Of a DNA stretch of 11,581 nucleotides, positions 7,681 to 11,581 are shown piece after piece. The position numbers were made by a program, and so were the translations under genes. The notes below the pieces were generated by a model. The model was not told the DNA's origin. It saw nothing but the letters and a program-made list of their open reading frames with translations, and did no database searches. Positions within the stretch are counted from its first letter, which is position 1. Each line of letters opens with the position of its first letter. The stretch is taken from the NCBI GenBank assembly GCA_965531045.1, contig CBESNZ010000064.1, forward strand, positions 1 through 11,581, written 5' to 3'. This stretch comes from an uncultured Acidimicrobiales bacterium. Lineage in GTDB: Bacteria > Actinomycetota > Acidimicrobiia > Acidimicrobiales > SHLQ01.

Positions 7681-7991
7681 TCGGCCACGAAGGCCATCGC
7701 CTCGGCGAGCAGATCGTCCCACAGTGCCTCGTTGCGTTCAGGGACCTGCACCCACTCGCGAAAGGTACGGCCCGCGGGGGCAAACTCGAGGCCGATGCCC
7801 TCCCCCACCAACGACGCGACCCGAGACGCGTCGAGCTTCACGATGAGGTCGCCGGAGTCCTTGTCGGTGCAGGCAAAGAAGTTGCCGTTGATGCGCAGGC
7901 ACGGGAAACCCATCATCGTGGACTTCTCGGCTCCTGCAGCCATCAACGGCTCGGCCAGCTCCCAAAACAGTTCATCGTCACGATCAGCCAT
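7677..7991 (-). CDS. Small TfoX N-terminal-domain-like protein (hypothetical), 104 aa.
   Basis: MMGFPCLRINGNFFACTDKDSGDLIVKLD...REWVQVPE resembles the TfoX_N fold pattern (MFGG..lyv.gkmFa...d..l.lK ... yy.vPe). It is convergent with the desaturase gene, and their stop codons overlap (7677-7680). It lies 28 bp downstream of the MaoC gene on the same strand. Confidence 0.5.
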   Translation of the reverse strand: MADRDDELFWELAEPLMAAGAEKSTMMGFPCLRINGNFFACTDKDSGDLIVKLDASRVASLVGEGIGLEFAPAGRTFREWVQVPERNEALWDDLLAEAMAFVAD

Positions 7992-8019
7992 GCCCCGACG
8001 TTACCGCGACGCCGATCTT

Positions 8020-8496
8020 TCAGCTGTCGTAGACCAGCCGGGTGATCCAGTCGGCGACGAGTGCCGGCTTGTCGCTGGCTTCGAGCTCGACGGTGACGGT
8101 TCGGGTTTGATCGATGTTCGACCCCTTGAGCACCACACTCTTGACTTCGGCGGTGGCTCGAATTTTCTTGCCGGCATTGACCGGTGACAAGAACCGAACT
8201 TTGTCGAAGCCGTAGTTGATGCCCATCAGCAGACCATCGAGCGGCGGCACCGGGGCTTTGATGGTCTCGCCAAGGTGGGTGAGCATGGACAGCGTGAGGA
8301 AGCCGTGGGCGATCGATCCGCCAAACGGTGTCTCGGCCGCGGCTCGTTCGGGGTCGATGTGGATGAACTGATGGTCGATGGTCACATCGGCGAATTGGTT
8401 GATCTGGTCCTGGGTAACCTCGAACCACTCCCCCGCTCCCTGACTTGTTCCCACCTCGGCGACGAGCACTTCATGGGCGGCTGCGGCATTACTCAT
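8020..8496 (-). CDS. MaoC-like (R)-specific enoyl-CoA hydratase / hotdog-fold dehydratase, 158 aa.
   Basis: WFEVTQDQINQFADVTIDHQFIHIDPERAAAETPFGGSIAHGFLTLSML is a MaoC dehydratase signature. The start is the ATG complementary to 8494-8496, with an AAAGGAA Shine-Dalgarno upstream. The longer ORF to 8652 adds only an Arg-rich, non-protein-like extension. Confidence 0.85.
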   Translation of the reverse strand: MSNAAAAHEVLVAEVGTSQGAGEWFEVTQDQINQFADVTIDHQFIHIDPERAAAETPFGGSIAHGFLTLSMLTHLGETIKAPVPPLDGLLMGINYGFDKVRFLSPVNAGKKIRATAEVKSVVLKGSNIDQTRTVTVELEASDKPALVADWITRLVYDS

Positions 8497-8519
8497 AGGG
8501 GTTCGTTCCTTTCGTAGCC

Positions 8520-8990
8520 ATGAGCCTGCCAGATTGGATACCTGTGACCAACCACCAGCGTCCCGAAAAGACGTCCCGGTTTGCACTTCTGGGCCGAGCT
8601 CTCGCCATGCGCTGCCCGAATTGCGGCGTCGGAGCGGTGTTCTCCGGTCCACTCGACATGCACGACCGCTGCCCCAACTGCACCTACCGATACGAGCGCG
8701 AGCACGGGTACTTCTTGGGCGCGATGGTGATCAACTTCATCGTCGCCAGCGGCCTCATGTTCGCGTCGGCCATCGCCGCCTACTTGCTGACGCGCGACCG
8801 AACCGTCACGGTGGTCGTACCGGTCGTTGTCACGATCATCGCCGTGCCCGGACTGCTCCGACACAGCCGCACCCTCTGGATGGCCATCGACCTCGCAGCC
8901 GAGCCGCCGCGAGACGACGAGTTTCGGCCGACGGAGGTCGGAAAAGATCTCGGCCCCGAGGCGGAAACCTCGAGGCCGGTATCGGGTTAG
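8520..8990 (+). CDS. DUF983-family zinc-ribbon membrane protein.
   Basis: CPNCG...x17...CPNC zinc ribbon followed by hydrophobic helices (AMVINFIVASGLMFASAIAAYLL, VVVPVVVTIIAVPGLL). It is divergent from the MaoC gene, with only 23 bp between the two start codons. The exact start is uncertain; an internal Met is also possible. Confidence 0.6.
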   Translation: MSLPDWIPVTNHQRPEKTSRFALLGRALAMRCPNCGVGAVFSGPLDMHDRCPNCTYRYEREHGYFLGAMVINFIVASGLMFASAIAAYLLTRDRTVTVVVPVVVTIIAVPGLLRHSRTLWMAIDLAAEPPRDDEFRPTEVGKDLGPEAETSRPVSG

Positions 8991-9014
8991 CCGGCAACGG
9001 ACCAGTTATCGAAC

Positions 9015-10409
9015 TTACTGATCGACGGGCGGGGGCGGAGGCGGCGCCAAACGATCGTTGACACCAACGTCCTCGTCGGAGTCGGCTTGCTCGATGGTGT
9101 CGGCTTCGATCACCGCTTGCACCGGCGCCTCGGATTGGTTTGCGTCCGTCTGGCCGGTCGGCCGATTCAGCGCCGACAAGATGTTGACGCCGGTGGCACT
9201 CTCGATCTGTTCGGTGATCGAAATCACGGCGGCAGGCATCTGGCTGGCGATGCCGGCAACGGCGCCGCCGCCACCACCGCCGCCATTGTCGATGACCGTG
9301 ATCTTGTCGATGTCGATGCCCTTGACGGTGTCGACGATCTGCGCAATCAGCTCGGGAAGCATGTTCAGGACGAACACGTCCTTTGCGTCGGAACCCGCCT
9401 CGCGGTATTGCGTGCTGAGGCGTTGGAACACCTCGATCTGGGCGTTGCCGTCCTCGATGATCTTCGCGGCCTGACCCTTGGCCTCGAGTTCCATTGCTTC
9501 CTTCTTGGCGCGAGCCGGTGCGACCACATCCGCTTCGAGGCGGCGCTTCTGCAGTTCGATGCGCTCTTGCTCGAGCAGCTGTTCGGCCTCGACCTTCGCC
9601 TGCTCGCCCGATACCTCGGCGCGCTTCTCCTCGGCCATGGCCAAGGCGTTGAGCTCGGCGGAACGGACCCGCAGCTTGTTCTGCTCTTCGGCAATCGCGA
9701 GGTCCGAATGCACGCGGGCCAACTCGGCACGCTTGCGGCCATCGGCTTCGGCTTCTTCGGCGTCGGCGGACTGCCGCGCCTCGGATTCGCGTGCTTCTTT
9801 CAATACCTGAGCCGTTTGCCGACGACCGACAGCTTCGAGATACCCGACCTGGTCGGTGACGTTCTGAATCTTCAGCACGTCGAGCTCGAGGCCCAGCGTT
9901 TTGATGTCGTCGTCGGCCTCGTCGATGAGCGTCTGCGCAAACTTCAGGCGATCTTCGTTGACCTCTTCAGGCGTCATGGTGGAAAGCACGCCGCGCAGGT
10001 TGGCCTCGAGGTTCTCCTTGGCGATCTGCTGAATGTATTCCGACGGTCGCCCGAGGAAGCGTTCGACCGAGTTCTCGAGCACGCCTTCGCGGCTCGACAC
10101 CTTGATGTTGGCGACGCCCTGCACGTCCAGCGGAATCGCTCCCTTGGAGTACGCGTTCGTGACCGACACCTCGATGGGGATCGTGTTGAGGTCCATGAAG
10201 TCGACCTTCTCGAGAATCGGAACCCGGAAGGTACGCCCGCCCTTGATCACGCGGTAACCAACGGATCGACCATCGGGCAACGGTCGGGTGCGGCCCGATA
10301 CGACGGCCACCTTGTTCGGCGGACAGATGATGATGAGACTCTTCGCAGCGGTAACCACCGCGAAAATGGCCAACACCACGATGACGACAACAACCAGCAG
10401 GGCTTCCAT
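9015..10409 (-). CDS. Flotillin-family protein (SPFH / band-7 domain with coiled-coil).
   Basis: An N-terminal TM helix is followed by an SPFH domain (VVSGRTRPLPDG...RVPILEKVDFMDLNTIPIEVSVTNAY...ANIKV). A long Glu/Ala-rich coiled-coil region follows (EAEADGRKRAELARVHSDLAIAEEQNKLRVRSAELNALAMAEEKRAEV...), then a C-terminal GGGGGGG tract and a PPPPPPVDQ tail. The start codon lies 2 bp after the NfeD stop, with a GGAGAGGAA Shine-Dalgarno inside the 3' end of nfeD. Confidence 0.9.
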   Translation of the reverse strand: MEALLVVVVIVVLAIFAVVTAAKSLIIICPPNKVAVVSGRTRPLPDGRSVGYRVIKGGRTFRVPILEKVDFMDLNTIPIEVSVTNAYSKGAIPLDVQGVANIKVSSREGVLENSVERFLGRPSEYIQQIAKENLEANLRGVLSTMTPEEVNEDRLKFAQTLIDEADDDIKTLGLELDVLKIQNVTDQVGYLEAVGRRQTAQVLKEARESEARQSADAEEAEADGRKRAELARVHSDLAIAEEQNKLRVRSAELNALAMAEEKRAEVSGEQAKVEAEQLLEQERIELQKRRLEADVVAPARAKKEAMELEAKGQAAKIIEDGNAQIEVFQRLSTQYREAGSDAKDVFVLNMLPELIAQIVDTVKGIDIDKITVIDNGGGGGGGAVAGIASQMPAAVISITEQIESATGVNILSALNRPTGQTDANQSEAPVQAVIEADTIEQADSDEDVGVNDRLAPPPPPPVDQ

Positions 10410-10411
10410 GG

Positions 10412-11047
10412 TTACAGTTCCTCTCCTTCGAGCTCCATAAGCGGCGCAACAAGCGCCGTTGCATTCTCGATCTCTACGACGACGACGGATGTGCCGATGT
10501 CGTACTGTTCTTCTGTCGGCCCGAACGGCAGGGCGACGAGGTATTGCGGCTGCCCGCCGATATCCACCCGGATGCGACCTTTGCGACCCGGACCCATCGG
10601 CAGCACCACATGCGCAGGCCGGCCGCTCAGGTCGGCATTGCTGAACGTCGAGTCGGTTTCCCGGCTGAGCACGTACCGGAACAACGCGGTGTTCAGGCCC
10701 GAGGCGAACAACCCGAGCACCACGGCGACGATCAGGGTGATGACCACGCTGGTGTCGAGCACGGTGAGCGCCGTGCCGGTGAGGCCGAAGAACGCTGCGA
10801 AGAAGACCATCGAGCGGAACGACAACATCGACGACACGAAGTCACCAACGCCGGCCAGGGCACCGGTGGATGCCACGTCGGCGTCACCGAACTCCCCGAC
10901 GTCCGCGTCACCGAAACCGCCGTCGCCGATGTCGGCATCGGCGTCGAAATCGAACTCGGCGTCGCCGCCGAAGTCGAGGCCGCCCATCAGCATGGGCAGT
11001 ACGAACGCGGCGCCGAAAATGAGTGCCGACAGATACAGCCAGATCAT
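10412..11047 (-). CDS. NfeD-family membrane protein, the flotillin-associated partner with a C-terminal OB-fold.
   Basis: An N-terminal TM helix is followed by an acidic Gly/Asp/Phe repeat loop and then two TM helices. The C-terminal beta-barrel (GRPAHVVLPMGPGRKGRIRVDIGGQPQYLVALP...GTSVVVVEIENATALVAPL) is typical of NfeD/YuaF-type proteins. It sits immediately upstream of flotillin in the same operon. Confidence 0.8.
   Translation of the reverse strand: MIWLYLSALIFGAAFVLPMLMGGLDFGGDAEFDFDADADIGDGGFGDADVGEFGDADVASTGALAGVGDFVSSMLSFRSMVFFAAFFGLTGTALTVLDTSVVITLIVAVVLGLFASGLNTALFRYVLSRETDSTFSNADLSGRPAHVVLPMGPGRKGRIRVDIGGQPQYLVALPFGPTEEQYDIGTSVVVVEIENATALVAPLMELEGEEL
10856..10978 (-). repeat. Four degenerate 24-bp tandem repeats inside nfeD. 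They encode acidic octapeptide units (GGDAEFDF / DADADIGD / GGFGDADV / GEFGDADV).
   Basis: On the plus strand these read cacgtcggcgtcaccgaactcccc / gacgtccgcgtcaccgaaaccgcc / gtcgccgatgtcggcatcggcgtc / gaaatcgaactcggcgtcgccgcc. The translated loop is LDFGGDAEFDFDADADIGDGGFGDADVGEFGDADV. Confidence 0.55.
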
Positions 11048-11063
11048 CGTTCCCTACCTTTGC

Positions 11064-11456
11064 TCAACTACTGCGGTGCTTCCGCTCCACTTTGGTCCTT
11101 ACGGCTCCGTGCCGCTTGGCGACATGTTCAGTGACCGCATCGACGCCGGCCCGCACTGCGTACCAATCGTCGATCCAATTATTCAGCATGTCGATCCCGT
11201 CCGGGGTCGATTCGTAATACTTGCGAGCGGGCCCCGAACTCGAGTCTTGCAGTTCGGTCACGACCAGGCCTTGCGCTTTCAGTCGTTTCAGCGCTGGATA
11301 AATGCTGCTCTCGCTCGCAACCTCCAAGCCCTGCTCGCTCAATCTTCGCACCATGGCGTACCCGTACGTTCGCTCTTCCACGATCGTCGCCAGCAAGCAC
11401 ATCTCCAGGACACCCTTCAGGATCTGCGTGTGGTGCACCTCTTTGCCAGCTACCAT
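11064..11456 (-). CDS. PadR-family transcriptional regulator.
   Basis: LKGVLEMCLLATIVEERTYGYAMVRRLSEQGLEVASESSIYPALKRLKAQGLVVTELQDSSSGPARKYYESTPDG is the PadR winged-helix signature. It ends 16 bp upstream of the nfeD start, on the same strand. Confidence 0.85.
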   Translation of the reverse strand: MVAGKEVHHTQILKGVLEMCLLATIVEERTYGYAMVRRLSEQGLEVASESSIYPALKRLKAQGLVVTELQDSSSGPARKYYESTPDGIDMLNNWIDDWYAVRAGVDAVTEHVAKRHGAVRTKVERKHRSS

Positions 11457-11463
11457 TCAATAC

Positions 11464-11492
11464 ACAATACCTGACGTAAGCCCACACGTCAA
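11464..11492 (-). promoter_or_regulatory. Candidate promoter for padR on the minus strand: TTGACG -35, 17-nt spacer, TATTGT -10, then 7 nt to the ATG. The transcript is probably leaderless.
   Basis: Reverse complement of 11457-11500: gaatcttcTTGACGtgtgggcttacgtcaggTATTGTgtattgaATG. Confidence 0.4.
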
Positions 11493-11511
11493 GAAGATTC
11501 ACCCCTTTCGG

Positions 11512-11560
11512 GATTTGTGAACCGAAAGCGACCAATATCGTCTGTTTCGGTTCACAAATC
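11512..11560. promoter_or_regulatory. Perfect 16-bp inverted repeat GATTTGTGAACCGAAA-N17-TTTCGGTTCACAAATC, located upstream of the padR promoter (operator or terminator hairpin).
   Basis: Read directly: arms at 11512-11527 and 11545-11560 are exact reverse complements, with a 17-nt spacer. A nested short palindrome CTTTCGG (11504-11510) / CCGAAAG (11522-11528) could form an alternative pairing. Confidence 0.6.
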
Positions 11561-11581
11561 TCGGTGGTGTCGAGACTGTCA

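Noticed and set aside
8020-8652. The long form (210 aa) of the MaoC ORF, which extends upstream across the DUF983 start.
   Set aside because: The N-terminal 52 residues are Arg-rich and non-protein-like, and they would overlap the divergent DUF983 gene. The internal ATG at 8496 has a good Shine-Dalgarno and yields a canonical 158-aa MaoC domain.
8990-9015. The 24-bp gap between the convergent DUF983 and flotillin genes, examined for a bidirectional terminator hairpin.
   Set aside because: No convincing inverted repeat was found by eye. Termination signals, if present, must lie within the coding 3' ends or be non-canonical.
9087-11474. A 795-aa open reading frame on the plus strand.
   Set aside because: It is exactly antisense to three well-supported minus-strand genes (flotillin, NfeD, PadR). 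Its translation is Arg/Gly/Ala-rich low-complexity sequence with no recognisable domain. This is a typical high-GC shadow ORF.
1-11581. A search for tRNA, rRNA or CRISPR, or for mobile-element hallmarks such as transposase or integrase motifs and long terminal inverted repeats.
   Set aside because: No cloverleaf-like, conserved rRNA, or regularly spaced direct repeats were seen. The only strong inverted repeat (11512-11560) is a single 49-bp hairpin with no associated transposase ORF.

Overview
The window is 11.6 kb of high-GC (about 66-67%), densely coding DNA with actinobacterial-type codon usage; the GC-rich antisense shadow ORFs are typical of Corynebacteriales-like genomes. I found no rRNA, tRNA, CRISPR array or mobile element.

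Plus-strand block, positions 1-7680:
- The 3' part of an aldehyde dehydrogenase gene, carrying an apparent +1 frameshift at a short A-run.
- A stand-alone cNMP-binding-domain protein.
- Two tandem paralogous FAD-dependent amine oxidoreductases (DAO family, PuuB/OrdL-like) whose stop and start overlap in an ATGA.
- A second aldehyde dehydrogenase.
- An AT-rich intergenic region holding a near-consensus sigma-70-type promoter, overlapped by a 12-14 bp direct-repeat operator-like motif. The 5' leader contains a perfect 14-bp tandem duplication that creates a Shine-Dalgarno site and a 5-codon uORF overlapping the main start.
- A soluble diiron-carboxylate (ferritin-like, double EXXH) oxygenase, followed by a membrane sterol-desaturase / fatty-acid-hydroxylase-family protein.

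Remaining genes, positions 7677-11456:
- On the minus strand, a TfoX-N-like small protein and a MaoC-like (hotdog) dehydratase.
- On the plus strand, a DUF983 zinc-ribbon membrane protein, divergent from the MaoC gene with only 23 bp between the two start codons.
- On the minus strand, a PadR-family regulator, an NfeD-family membrane protein and a flotillin (SPFH) gene, arranged as a tight operon. The operon is preceded by a probable leaderless promoter and a perfect 16-bp inverted repeat.

The most distinctive observations are:
- the promoter/operator/leader architecture in front of the diiron-desaturase pair;
- the PadR-NfeD-flotillin module, including an acidic octapeptide-repeat insertion in NfeD;
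- the frameshifted ALDH.

All functional assignments come from motif recognition by eye and need confirmation by homology search.
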